Below, in pieces: positions 39,001 to 50,779 of a stretch of DNA of 64,000 nt. This DNA is from Tubulanus polymorphus (lineage: Eukaryota > Animalia > Nemertea). A model generated the notes under the pieces. It searched no databases. It had not been told where the DNA came from and worked only from the letters and a program-made list of their open reading frames with translations. The first letter of the stretch is position 1; the number at the start of each line of letters is the position of its first letter. Where the stretch lies: assembly GCF_964204645.1 (NCBI RefSeq), contig NC_134028.1, positions 19,537,653 through 19,601,652 on the forward strand, given 5' to 3'. The position numbers and the translations under genes are program-made.

Positions 39001-42000
39001 AGTTGTGGTTTCCACTATGAATAACGAGTTAAGTTGAGCATATTCTTTTGTCTTGTACGACATTCACTGAACCTGAGGACATTTTGGTGCCGAAACATGG
39101 CAATGTCGACAGCAGAGAACGATGTTCAGGCCCTGCTGGGTAATTGAAGAGGCAAGAAAGGTGCGAGTGTGGAAGGTAGTCCAAGAAGTGATGGAGATGG
39201 TTATGACAGAAGATGTTGCAAGGCTGAAGAGACTACGGTGAGTTATTTTGAGAGGCGATTGAATCGGTGGAAGAAACAGCAAGAAGAATGGTAGAAGCAC
39301 CCATCGATGCAGATGAGGGAGAAAACCTGGTAATGGAGGCAGAAGATAATGTTGGTGTGCTAAGGGATAATTTGTACGATATTGATGGCATTATTCGAGA
39401 ACATGAGACTCAAGAAATTCCAAGGTTAGCAAATACATTTGGCCCAGCACATGCGAATAGACTCAATCTACAAAAATTGAATCTACTAAAACTTAATAGG
39501 GGCATGTTACAATGGAGATCATGTTGAGACTCATTTTGTTCGGCCATTGATAGACAATAATATACGTTTTGGATGTAGAAAGATTCCCATACCAGAAAGC
39601 TCAGGTTGCTGTAGATCTTTTGTTAGAAAGATTTGGACAGCTTTACAAGTTAAGGAATTTCCTATGTGAAGGAACTGTTGCAATTGCCAAGGACTGAGGC
39701 CTCATCCTCTAGTTTGAGAGGATTATATGATGAAATTGAAAATTGCCTGAGAGGTCTTGAGGGACCAGGAAAATCACCATAAAATTATTGTAACCTGTTG
39801 GTTTCAATCATCATTGTGGAATTGCCGTCAAGAATTCGGGAAAATTTGATACGTTCTCAAATGTTCGATCTCCGGGATCTTACCGAACTACGGTTTGGGA
39901 TTAGGCAAGAGATCGAAATCCTAGAAGCCAATGGGATTGAAGATGGATTCTATTTCCTGACGACGATGAAAGGACTAACTTTCACTTGAATTCCACCAAC
40001 GTTGAAAAACCACGCCACAATGTCAATACTGATAAGGTCGTCATTGGTCTGATGATAAGATGATTGCTTCGCCGGAGAAGCGATTACAATTTGTGAAGGA
40101 ACATAAACGATACTTCGATTGCCTCCAAGAATGTTGTATCGCAACGTAGAAGTCTATTTTGTGAAATATAGAAGATATGTCATCATAGAGGTTTGTATGG
40201 TGTTTTCAAGTGGGAAAAACCCAGGTTGAGAGCTGAACCCTGTGGGCCAGGTTTCATGTTTCTAATGATGGCACAAAGTCCAGCCAGATATAAATGAAAG
40301 ACGCTCACCCTGAATATATTGTTCGATGGCGCCTCACATAGATCATACTTGAGAACAAAACTAGCAAGAAGGAATAAAAATGGGCTTGAGTGATTCTACA
40401 TAATCTGCCATCTAACTGCCCCACGTCTTGCTCTTGGCTAGCCTTTGAGGTAACTGGTTGTAGATTTCACAGGATCACATTTAGTGAAAGAAAGTGGCGA
40501 AACCATTACTGTCCATGTGTACCGTTCTACAGTGGAACCTTATTACATGTATTACGAACTCGGATACAAGGATTCATCGGATAAACAAACATAGAAATTC
40601 GTCCAAAGTACGACAATTTTGTTAATGTCATAGTGTTATAATGGACATATTTTCTGTTCCGTGTTCGCTGTAAAGAGGTTCCAGTGTATCAAGCTGTGGG
40701 CCAGTTAGTGCTGCAAGCTGATGCCAGCTGCTGTCATGTTAAAAACGGAAGCATTTACAAACTTACCGTGGTTTCATTTAAAGTAGTTGATTCCAAATCA
40801 CATCCCTACGGAATACATTCGTAAATACATACAATAAATAACTATACAACCGATACTCATATAAGCATTAATAAAATACAGCTCCAGACCACAAGCTAAG
40901 AATGAAATAAAACACCAAGGTGAATACTTGTGTGAAATCATTGAGATTATTTCATACGAACCTTTCTAACTTTGACATCGGTACCTTCATTCAGTTGTAG
41001 CCTGTCACACTACAAAATGTAATGAAACAATAAAATCAGCAAAAGGAAAAATCAACGAATTTGGGACGAATTAGTTCGAAATCATCGGATTCAAACACCA
41101 GCGAGATTCAATCATTTGCTTAAACATCATTGCGCGTTGGTGAGCCAGGCTGTGGGCCAGTAGTGCTGCGACTGTTGGCAGCTGTCAGCTTAAAAATGGA
41201 AACATTTACAAACTTACCGAGGTTTCATTTTTAGTGGTTAATTTCAAATCACCCTACAGAATACATTCGTAAAACATGCAATAAGGATACAGCTAATACT
41301 CATAAAGCATTAAGAAAATACAGCTCCAGAAAACAACATGCGTAGAATGAAATATCACACCAAAAATATTAGTGGAATTAAGAATATTTCATACGTACCT
41401 TTCTTACATTAACATCGGCACCTTCATTCAGTAATAGCCTAGCACACTGCAAAATGTAATGTAACAATAAAATTAGCAAAAATGAAATCATCAGCGAAAT
41501 TTAAGTACGAATAAGTTCAAAATAAAAAATAAAAACATCATCGAAGCTAACGTCGAACCGACAGTGAAATTTGCATACTACATTGCATATATACTGATAT
41601 ATAGTTACCTCTAAGTTTCCGTTTTGCACAGCGTAATATAAACTAGTATTACCTTCATTGTCTTTTTTACCGATATAAGAACGTTTATACTCCGGTATAT
41701 AATCATCCGAATCCGTTACTGAAACATGATTTTATACAACAATTGATTATATGATTACTTGAATGGGGAGGGGGTTAGTCGTGTAACATCGCCTCGTGGT
41801 ACAAAAGCCAAATAATATGAGGCAGATTTCTCGTATAGCATCAGAGCCGCCTCTCACTCTTCTCCCTCTCCCTTTTCGCCCTCACCCCCCATATGCGTTC
41901 AATATCCCATCCTCTCTCAATCAATCGATTGTTAAAAATGATCGATCACTGGAAATACTATGACATTTTCGATCGTAGGTGTTCTAGTAACATGTTGATA

Positions 42001-42778
42001 TGGAACGGCACCGATCCCGTACAAACAAAATTTTGTTTCAAAGCACTTGGACTTCAAATATATATTGTTGGCATCAAATGGTAAGATGAAGATTAAGTCT
42101 GAAGATAGTAAGAAATAGTTTATTTAAGTTGTATAGTATTCATTGGTTTGATAATTTTATTATTTGGGCCAGGAGTTTGTACCTGCATCAATCAATAATC
42201 TCATGACCTCTGGATGACCTTCAGCTGATGCTAACATCAATGGTGTCACATCATTGATATCTGTAGCCAAAGGATTAGCGCCTTTATCCAACTATAAATG
42301 AAGTGTGAATAAATGAACTCAAAAACTAATTTCGATTTTGAGTCCATGAGTGAATCAAATAGCAGTATGCTTCTCGAGCTTATCAATGATTGACCTACCA
42401 GGATCTTACAGGTCTCCGGACTACCATGCAATGCCACCTCGTGGAGAGGTGTGCTGCCATCGTCGTCGGTAACATTAGCGTTTGTTATACCCTGACCACC
42501 GCCTTTAGATTCTAATAAAATCTAAACAGAAAATCAAAATATCCAATATTTACAAACTACATCAAATGACGGAGTTACTGACTGAGACAATTTATATGAT
42601 ACCTGAACCATCCACTGAAAACCTCTCCTCGCTGCCACGTGAAAAGCCGTTTTACCTTTAGCATCAACTGCCTTCACATTAGCCTGGTGTTTTAATAAAA
42701 TTAGCGCCACCTCACGGCAATCGTATTTACTAGCTAACATCAATGGGGTCGAATTCTCATTACCACGTACATCCGGGT
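30003..42778 (-). CDS. TRPA1: TRPA1-like ankyrin-repeat TRP cation channel (5' exons not found in window)
   Basis: GT-AG exons read in frame: 42603-42778, 42399-42521, 42183-42291, 41609-41718, 41399-41446, 38327-38500, 37679-37873, 37501-37584, 36642-36886, 36445-36556, 35727-35896, 34905-35049, 34661-34738, 33783-33853, 33494-33689, 33214-33339, 32705-32871, 32545-32605, 32384-32452, 31606-31779, 30917-30985, 30725-30835, 30280-30395, 30003-30204. Many ankyrin TPLH repeats, LLSHPL...KW, six TM segments, pore GEINY, MNLLVGIAVGDI...KRLAMQ. Subfamily call only; orthology not tested. Confidence 0.9.
31345..31585. repeat. Degenerate ~30-bp minisatellite (GGTGTAAAGTGGTTCAGATGGTTTCGT)
   Basis: About 8 diverged tandem units in a TRPA intron. 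Confidence 0.7.
32081..32255 (-). other. Duplicate TRPA pore/S6 exon (candidate mutually exclusive exon, +1 nt as assembled)
   Basis: TTTTCAG acceptor and GTAATT donor, 175 nt versus 174 nt for exon 31606-31779. Encodes ...NTIGEINYIDNI...LMPTIIMGLI. Confidence 0.85.
33875..34606. mobile_element. hAT-like MITE in a TRPA intron
   Basis: Termini CAGGGATGAGAA...TTCTCATCTCTG, partial flanking duplication AAACAA, subterminal ATCCGCGGG repeats. Confidence 0.6.
36218..36380 (+). mobile_element. Penelope pLTR remnant in inverted arrangement with a degenerate hammerhead
   Basis: ~36219-36261 is inverted relative to ~36338-36378. The centre CCTGAAAATGACTAT...ATAGTCGAAACGTT resembles 59375-59410. Confidence 0.65.
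38750..40600 (+). mobile_element. Decayed BEL/Pao LTR retrotransposon (gag and protease remnants), antisense in a TRPA intron
   Basis: LNLQKLNLLKLNRGMLQWRSC*DSFCSAID resembles BEL gag; LRGLYDEIENCLRGLE; protease-like ILFDGASHRSY at ~40315. Boundaries approximate. Confidence 0.7.
40690..41510 (-). repeat. ~440-460-bp tandem duplication containing TRPA exons
   Basis: ~40693-41080 is similar to ~41149-41520. 48-nt exons at 41399-41446 and 40962-41009; microexon candidates at 41218-41253 and 40767-40805. Confidence 0.85.
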
Positions 42779-42904
42779 CTTCGTGTAAAATCACAGAGAG
42801 AAAATAATTTACGTATTACAAGCAAATCACTAAAATCACTAAATGGAAACCATGAGTAATATTTTAAAATGACGTTTTCAGATCAGAGGTCGAGAGGTCG
42901 GCAC

Positions 42905-44477
42905 ATCACTCATCACCACTTTTAATTTTTTCCCTTAATAAATGAGAGACAAAAAAGTATTCTTAGCGTCAATAAATAACAAAATAAAACCAGCAAAAAA
43001 CGATATGAAGTAAAAAAATTAGTCGATGTTACAAAAGAAATTAACAAAAAATAATGAAACTGGAAAAGATAAAACTAAATATGGGTTAATGTAATGTTAG
43101 TACAACACGAGAATTTAAAGTACTTTTACCCGATAAATGGGTTACATTGAATAAAGACGAATTAAAAGATTTGGAAGGTTATAAAGTAATTTATCATGGA
43201 AAAGATGAAGATGGCCATCATGTTTTTGAAGTTGTTGAACTAATATTTTAAAAATAATAGAAAAATAAAAAACAAAAATAATAAAAGTAATAAAATAATA
43301 AAAATTAAATATCAAGAATCCGAAATGACTTATCTGGACAATTTAATTGCTCCGCATAGATAGACAAAAGTAGTGAGATATCTAATTAATAAAAAAATAG
43401 AAATATTGTTAAATAAAATTGATTATTTTTTTGCTTTTTTCTAAAATACTAATCCATTTTTTATAGTGAATTTTGGAATTTCAGAAGTTTTTTCAATTTT
43501 AACAGTAGAAGTTTCAGAATTATTAACAACAGAAATTCTATTCGATACTTTATACCAATCACAACCAATCAAAACGAGTACAATTACAAATCCAGTTGAA
43601 TAATAAAAATATTCTTCAAACAATTTAGGAGTAGAAATAACATTACTTTCATCTTTATCAGTAACATATTCATTATTTAGATTTTCTTTTTTTAGCTTTT
43701 TTAAATTCTTTTGATTTAATTCCTAATTGCCGAGACCATTCAATCTGTTTCTGTGTTCTTGGTTTTTTCTTCACAGTTAATTCCTTCACTTCCCCCACTT
43801 CGCTCATTTATAATAGCAAAAATTGTATTATCAATGTTTGAAAATGTCATAACTCCAGTTGATAATAATGTCATAAATGTCATAAATCCACGTAATTGAA
43901 ATCATAAATATCCAATCAATTCTGTCGTAAAGAGTAATGTGATGATAAAGATTTTTGCAAATTAATAATGCCTACAGAAAAAGATTATCCTTGTTATTGT
44001 TATAACAAGGATCAACATTAAAATGTTTTAAGTTAACATTTCGAAATTTTTCAAATATATCAGCCTATATCATAACATCTGATTTTGCATATAAATTTAC
44101 TAATTCACCATGATTTTTCATCTTAAGATGATTCCAAATATTTAATGTCTTATTAAAAACTTCTTCTTTCACGTACTCATCTTCTAATTGATCATAAAAT
44201 TGCACTTTTAATAGTTTTGTTTCTTCGAAATCATCATGTTGTTCATCGTGTTAAATAAAATGAATAAGGAATTGCACCTTTATATCTTAATAATTTAAAA
44301 TCTTGTTCATTTTGATAATAATATCGTGTTGTTATAAAATCATTATCAACTAAACGTTTTGCTAGATTATCTAATGAACTTGCTAAAAATCTATAAGAAT
44401 CTGAAAACCTAAAACAACCAAATTGAAATGAAATGTAATTTTCAGATGTTTTAGCTAATAGTTTGAAATCACATTTG
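42905..44477. mobile_element. Polinton relic with pPolB exonuclease fragment (43985-44477, minus) and small ORFs
   Basis: 43990-44475 is highly similar to 18735-19200. TAAATG-started small ORFs at 42942(+) and 43807(-). Confidence 0.85.
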
Positions 44478-44915
44478 TAGGGTTTTCTGTTTCTTCACAG
44501 AAAACCCTATTGAAATTCGCGTGATTATTAGGGTTTTCTGTTGCTTCACAGAAAACCCTATTGAAATTCGCGTGATTATTAGGGTTTTCTGTTTCTTCAC
44601 AGAAAACCCTATTGAAATTCGCGTGATTATTAGGGTTTTCTGTTACATCACAGAAAACCCTATTGACATTCGCGTGTTTCTTATTATTAGGGTTTTCTGT
44701 TATTTCACAGAAAAACCCTATTGATATCCGCGTGATTATTATTAGGGTTTTCTGTTATTTCACAGAAAACCCTATTGATATCCGCGTGATTATTATTAGG
44801 GTTTTCTGTTATTTCACAGAAAACCCTATTGATATCCGCGTGATTATTATTAGGGTTTTCTGTTATTTCACAGAAAACCCTATTGATATCCGCGTGATTA
44901 TTATTATTATTATTT
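44477..44915. repeat. 45-49-bp hairpin satellite (TAGGGTTTTCTG-N-CAGAAAACCCTA), 9 units
   Basis: Direct tandem repeats, each holding a perfect 12-bp stem. Confidence 0.92.
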
Positions 44916-46234
44916 TCTTCCACACTATTTTTACCAAAAGAACACAGGCTTTGTTACCTTACCGCTGTTTCATATACAATCCATATAATATCGTTCAGCT
45001 CACTGAGATCTACAAATAGCCCGCGTGTTTTTCCACGAATCATCGTTACAAAAGCGCTGTCGGGCCGTAAACATCGAAAATTTAGCCCCATTCAATGGGG
45101 CGAGATGTTTTTCGAGTCGTCATCCCGAAATCAACCCGCAGGCCGACTGTCACTTCGATTATCAATTCAAGTATAAATGAACTAATTTATTGCCGCACAC
45201 TTCAAATTCAGTCGCGGTCTTCAAACAGTGATTTTAACAATAGCCCATTTTCCTCATCAAATCATATTACCGATACACTGGAAATTTACTACTTTAGATT
45301 TTAAAAGCACTGTCGAGCCGTGAACATCGACGAATCGACGTGTGTTACTACATCGTCGTTCCGGGGATCAGCTGCGAGTTTCTCCTCATCATGAGAATCA
45401 AATCGAGTACAAATTAATTTATTACTACCAGTAATTTAGCTGCGGGTTTCAAGGAGTTAGTATAACAATACCTATTTTTCTTTACCGAATTAACCGAGTA
45501 TTTACTAAGATAAATCTTTAGTGTACCGAGGAATCGTAGGCCTAAACTAAACACGCCGAAGAGATATAGCGGAGAAAAGCTGTTATGTCGACGAGGTATC
45601 AAAATAAAAGAATATATTACTTTATTCGGCCGCGGGCTTCAACCTCTATATCAATACCATCAATACTCTATATTTCCTACAGTACATACCGATCATTGTC
45701 AAATGCACAAGGTATTTACTAAATACAAGTATATAACACATAATCCTTTCCGTATGCTGGACTCACACTTGACATTCGGAGTAAGCGTTCGCTGTGGGGG
45801 AAAGGGATCGTTCGCTGTGTCGCTTGAAGTGTTTATCGAGTTTTACGCGGCTTTAGGCCTACCGGTACTGAGCTTTACTGTCTCAAACAAGCACAGTACA
45901 ATTGTTGCGTTTATTAACGGACTCATTGGATTGAACTTCAAAACAAAATTTACGATATTTAGGTGGGTTGTTAAATTCAATAGGCCTACGACCAATCTGT
46001 CCGGATGTTAGGCCTACGCATATACATAGGCTAGTAGCCTCTACTAGGTTAAGCGTTCGCTGTGGGGGAAAGGAGATCGTTTGCTGTGTCGCTTGAAGTG
46101 TTTATCGAGTTTTACGCGACCTTAAGGCTTTAGTATGGTGGCTGATAAGGGCCATGCGTAAAAAAACACGTATATGCAAATGAGGGCGACATTATGACAA
46201 AACGACAAAACTAAAATAATGCGACAAAACAATA

Positions 46235-47810
46235 ATTTTGGTTTTGTCGCCCGCGACAATTCATTATTTTGGTTTTATCGCCAGCGACAATTCATTATTT
46301 TGGTTTTATCGCCTGCGACAATTCATTAATTTGGTTTTGTCACCTGCGACAATTCATTAATTTGGTTTTGTCACCCGCGACAAATCAATATTTTGGTTCT
46401 GTCGCTCATGCCAATTCAATATTTTGGTTTTAACGCCCGCGACAATTCATTATTTTGGTTTTATCGCCCGCGACAATTGATTATTTTGGTTTTATCACCC
46501 GCGACAATTTTTTTTTTGTCGCGGTCAAAACAATACTTTGATTTTATCGCCCACGACAATTCAATATTTTGGTTTTATCACCCGCGACAATTCATTATTT
46601 TGGTTTTATCGCCCGCGACAATTCATTATTTTGGTTTTGTCGCACACGACAATGGCGACAATTCAAGATTTTGGTTTTATCGCCCGCGACAATTCATTTT
46701 TTGGATTTGTCGCCCACGACAATTCAATATTTTGGTTTTATCGCCCGCGACAATTCATTATTTTGGTTTTATCGCCCGCGACAATTTTTTTTCTCTTTTT
46801 GTCGCGGTTTTATCGCCTGCGACACTTCAATATTTTGGTTTTATCGCCCGCGACAATTTTTTTCTCTTTTTGTCGCGGTTTAATCGCCTGCGACACTTCA
46901 ATATTTTGGTTTTATCGCCCGCGACAATTCATTATTTTGGCTTTATCGCCCGCGACATTTCATTAGTTTTGTTTTGTCGCCTGCGACAATTGAATATTTT
47001 GGTTTTGTCGCCCGCGACAATTCATGATTTTGGTTTTATCGCCCGCGACAATTCATTTTTTTGGTTTTATCGCCTGCGACAATTTATTATTTTGGTTTTA
47101 TCGCCCGCAACAATTCATTAGTTTGGTTTTTTCGCCCGCGACAATTCAAGATTTTGGTTTTGTCGCCCGCGACAATTCATTATTTTGGTTTTGTCGCATG
47201 CGACAATGGCGACAATTCAAGATTTTGGTTTTATCGCCCGCGACAATTCATTTTTTTGGATTTGTCGCCCACGACAATTCAATATTTTGGTTTTATCGCC
47301 CGCGACAATTTTTTCTCTTTTTGTCGCGGTTTTATCGCCTGCGACACTTCAATATTTTGGTTTTATCGCCCGCGACAATTCATTATTTTGGCTTTATCGC
47401 CCGCGACAATTCATTAGTTTGGTTTTGTCGCCTGCGACAATTGAATATTTTGGTTTTGTCACCCGCGACAATTCATGATTTTGTTTTTATCGCCCGCGAC
47501 AATTCATTTTTTTGGTTTTAACGCCTGCGACAATTTATTATTTTGGTTTTATCGCCCGCGACAATTCATTTGTTTGTTTTTGTTGCCCGCGACAATTGAA
47601 TATTTTGGTTTTGTCGCCCGCGACAATTCATTATTTTGGATTTATCCCCCGCGACAATTCATTTTTTTTGTTTTGTCGCCCGCGACAATTGAATATTTTG
47701 GTTTTATCGCCAGCGACAATTGATTATTTTGGTTTTATCGCCCGCGACAATTGTTTATTTTGGTTTTATCGCCCGCGACAATTAATTTTTTTGGTTTTGT
47801 CGCCCACATT
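46235..47810. repeat. ~31-bp satellite TTTTGGTTTTATCGCCCGCGACAATTCATTA
   Basis: About 50 tandem units, which produce spurious repetitive ORFs in all three plus frames. Confidence 0.97.
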
Positions 47811-47887
47811 ATTAGCTTTTGAATAATTAGGCCAATTAATAACGTTATAAAGACTTATGCTTTCGCCTATTTTGAAGTCGATTAATC

Positions 47888-48319
47888 TGATATTGTACGG
47901 AAGCGATAAAGGGCCTCGAGTTTTCATGTTCAAACTCGACAAGTCGCCATATTTATGTCGATATATCGCGATATATTGTGTCAAGTCCACATGAATATGT
48001 CTACATATCGTGACGTTTTCACGACAAATTTCGCTTATTTGCTCATTTTCCACGGGACAAGCCGTCATTTGAAGACATGTCTAAATGTAAGATGAGGACG
48101 CCAGTAATATGACGACTGAGTTTCAAGTCGTCATGAATATGTCGACTTGTCGCGAGGAAAATGGTTAAGAAAACGAAATATGTCGTCAAAACGTCACGAT
48201 ATATCGACATATTCATGTCGACTTGACGCGATACATCGCGGTATGTCGACAATAATATGGCGACTTGTCGAGTTGGAACGTGTCATCTCCGAGGCCCCTT
48301 ATCGCTTCCGTAGATATAG
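47888..48319. mobile_element. MITE with ~30-bp TIRs
   Basis: TACGGAAGCGATAAAGGGCCTCG versus GAGGCCCCTTATCGCTTCCGTA, with internal inverted symmetry. Partial second copy from ~48408. Confidence 0.65.
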
Positions 48320-50779
48320 TGTCGAATATTAAGGTCATTTTGGCAGATTCTTTTTTTTAAAGTGATATTAAAGCGATCATTCAAGTGAACCTACTTAATG
48401 AAAGATCTGGAAGCGATAAAGGGCCTCGAGTTGTTGCGTTCCAACTCGACAAGTCGCCATATTTATGTCGATATATGGCATCAATTCGACATGAATATGT
48501 CGACATATCGTGACGTTTTGACGACTTGAAACTCAGTCGTCATATCACTGGCGTCCTCATCTTTCAGCAACGCCAGTCACATGGAGTCGTAGGTGTTCTA
48601 CTTTCTGCGACGCGACACGACTGTCACAACCAACCGACGCTCTTGCGACTGGCAGAAACTAGTCGCACACAATCGTATTGCAAGCGACTTGCATCGAAAC
48701 TTGCGATGCAACGCGAGGATCGCATCGTGTCACAAGAACAACCAACGTCTGGCTTTAAGTTACTGCGGAGCACCAGAAATTATCTTTTTTTTCGTTCAAA
48801 AGACCTTTGCTTGAAAATTCTTTCGTCGGAACAAAATTTATTTCGTTCGAACCAATAATATTCTATACAATTGAACCAATTTGAAAAAATCGTTAGAACA
48901 AAGTTGAACAAACTTTTTTTTGCCAAACGAAAGGTTTTTTGTTCGAACAATTGTTCGATTGAACAGAATCGTTTGAATTTGATCAGAATTTTCTTTTCAG
49001 AACATTAAGTTTTTCGTTCGAACAAGTATATTGTAAAAAGTTTTTTCTTCGAACCAAAAGTATTAAGTATTTCGTTCAACCGAACAGAATTGTTTTCATT
49101 CAAACATTCGTTCGAAAAAATTGTTTTCGCTCAACCAAATTTTTTTGCTGGGACAAAAAGTTTTTCATTTCAACAATAACAAAGCTTTCAGAATGAAGAA
49201 AAGTTTCGGTTCAAACAAAAAGCGTACAAGATTTTCTTGTCGGATCATTAAGTTTTTTGGTCGAACAGCGTGTTAAGGTCGTTTTGGAAATTTACTCGGT
49301 CTGGTATATTTTGGATTACTGTGTATGTCATTTGTCAGGACATTAAACAGAAGACGACTTAGGATACTACCTTGCGTGACTCGACTAGTTAGACCGACTT
49401 AATCCAAGATGAAGCGTTCCGTTGATTTCGGCTACAAGTTTTCGTTCAGAGATAATGCTGAGCCATTTCGGCAACCTATCATTGATACTGTTTCCTAATA
49501 GCCTTGTTTAGTATTGGCTGATGTTGTACCTTATTAAATGCTTTGTCGAAATCATAAAGAGTAATTATCGCCTAACAGTCGATTTTCCAGAGTCAAATAG
49601 GACATCTGGTTCAGTTGTCCATGGTTTCAAGAAGGTCTAATTGACTGTTTGTCGAGCTTCCTCTTATAAAACTGTATTAACCATTGAACAGGATTCAAAG
49701 ACTGTGCAGAAAACCCGTTATCGCTGCTTTGCAGCTATATTTATTATTATTTTCTTCCACACTATTTTTACCAAAAGAACATAGGCTTTGTTACCTTACC
49801 GCTGTTTCATATACAATCCATATAATATCGTTCAGCTCACTGAGATCTACAAATAGCCCGCGTGTTTTTTCACGAATCATCGTTACAAAAGCGCTGTCGG
49901 GCTGTAAACATCGAAAATTTAGCCCCATTCAATGGGGCGACATGTTTTTCGAGTCGTCATCCCGAAATCAACCCGCAGGCCGACTGTCACTTCGATTATC
50001 AATTCAAGTATAAATGAACTAATTTATTGCCGCAGACTTCACATTCAGTCGCGGTCTTCAAACAGTGATTTTAACAATAGCCCATTTTCCTCATCAAATC
50101 ATATTACCGATACACTGGAAATTTACTACTTTAGATTTTAAAAGCACTGTCGAGCCGTAAACATCGACGAATCGACGTGTGTTACTACATCGACGTTCCG
50201 GGGATGAGCTGCGAGTTTCTCCTAATCATGAGAATCAAATCGAGTACAAATTAATTTATTACTACCAGTGATTTGGCTGCGGGTTTCAAGGAGTTAGTTT
50301 AACAATACCAATTTTTCTTTACCGAATTAACCGTGTATTTACTAAGATAAATCTTTAGTGTACCGGGGAATCGTAGGCCTAAACTAAACAGGCCGAAGAG
50401 ATATGGCGGAGAAAAGCTGTTATGTCGACGAGGTATCAAAATAAAAGAATATATTTATTCGGCCGCGGGCTTCAACCATTTATCAATACTCTATATTTCC
50501 TACAGTACATACCGATCATTGTCAAATGCACAAGGTATTTACTGAATACAAGTATATAGCACACTCCTATCCGTATGCTGGACTCACACTTGACATTCGG
50601 AGTAAGCGTTCGCTGTGGGGGAAAGGAGATCGTTCGCTGTGTCGCTTGAAGTGTTTATCGAGTTTTACGCGACCTTAAGGCTTTAGTATGGTGGCTGATA
50701 AGATAAAAAAACACGAATATGCAAATGAGGGCGACATTACGACAAAACGACAAAACTAAAATAACGCGAGAAAACAATG

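Noticed and set aside
44477-44915. Palindromic repeats resembling a CRISPR array
   Set aside because: The sequence between hairpins is near-identical rather than unique, and the context is eukaryotic.
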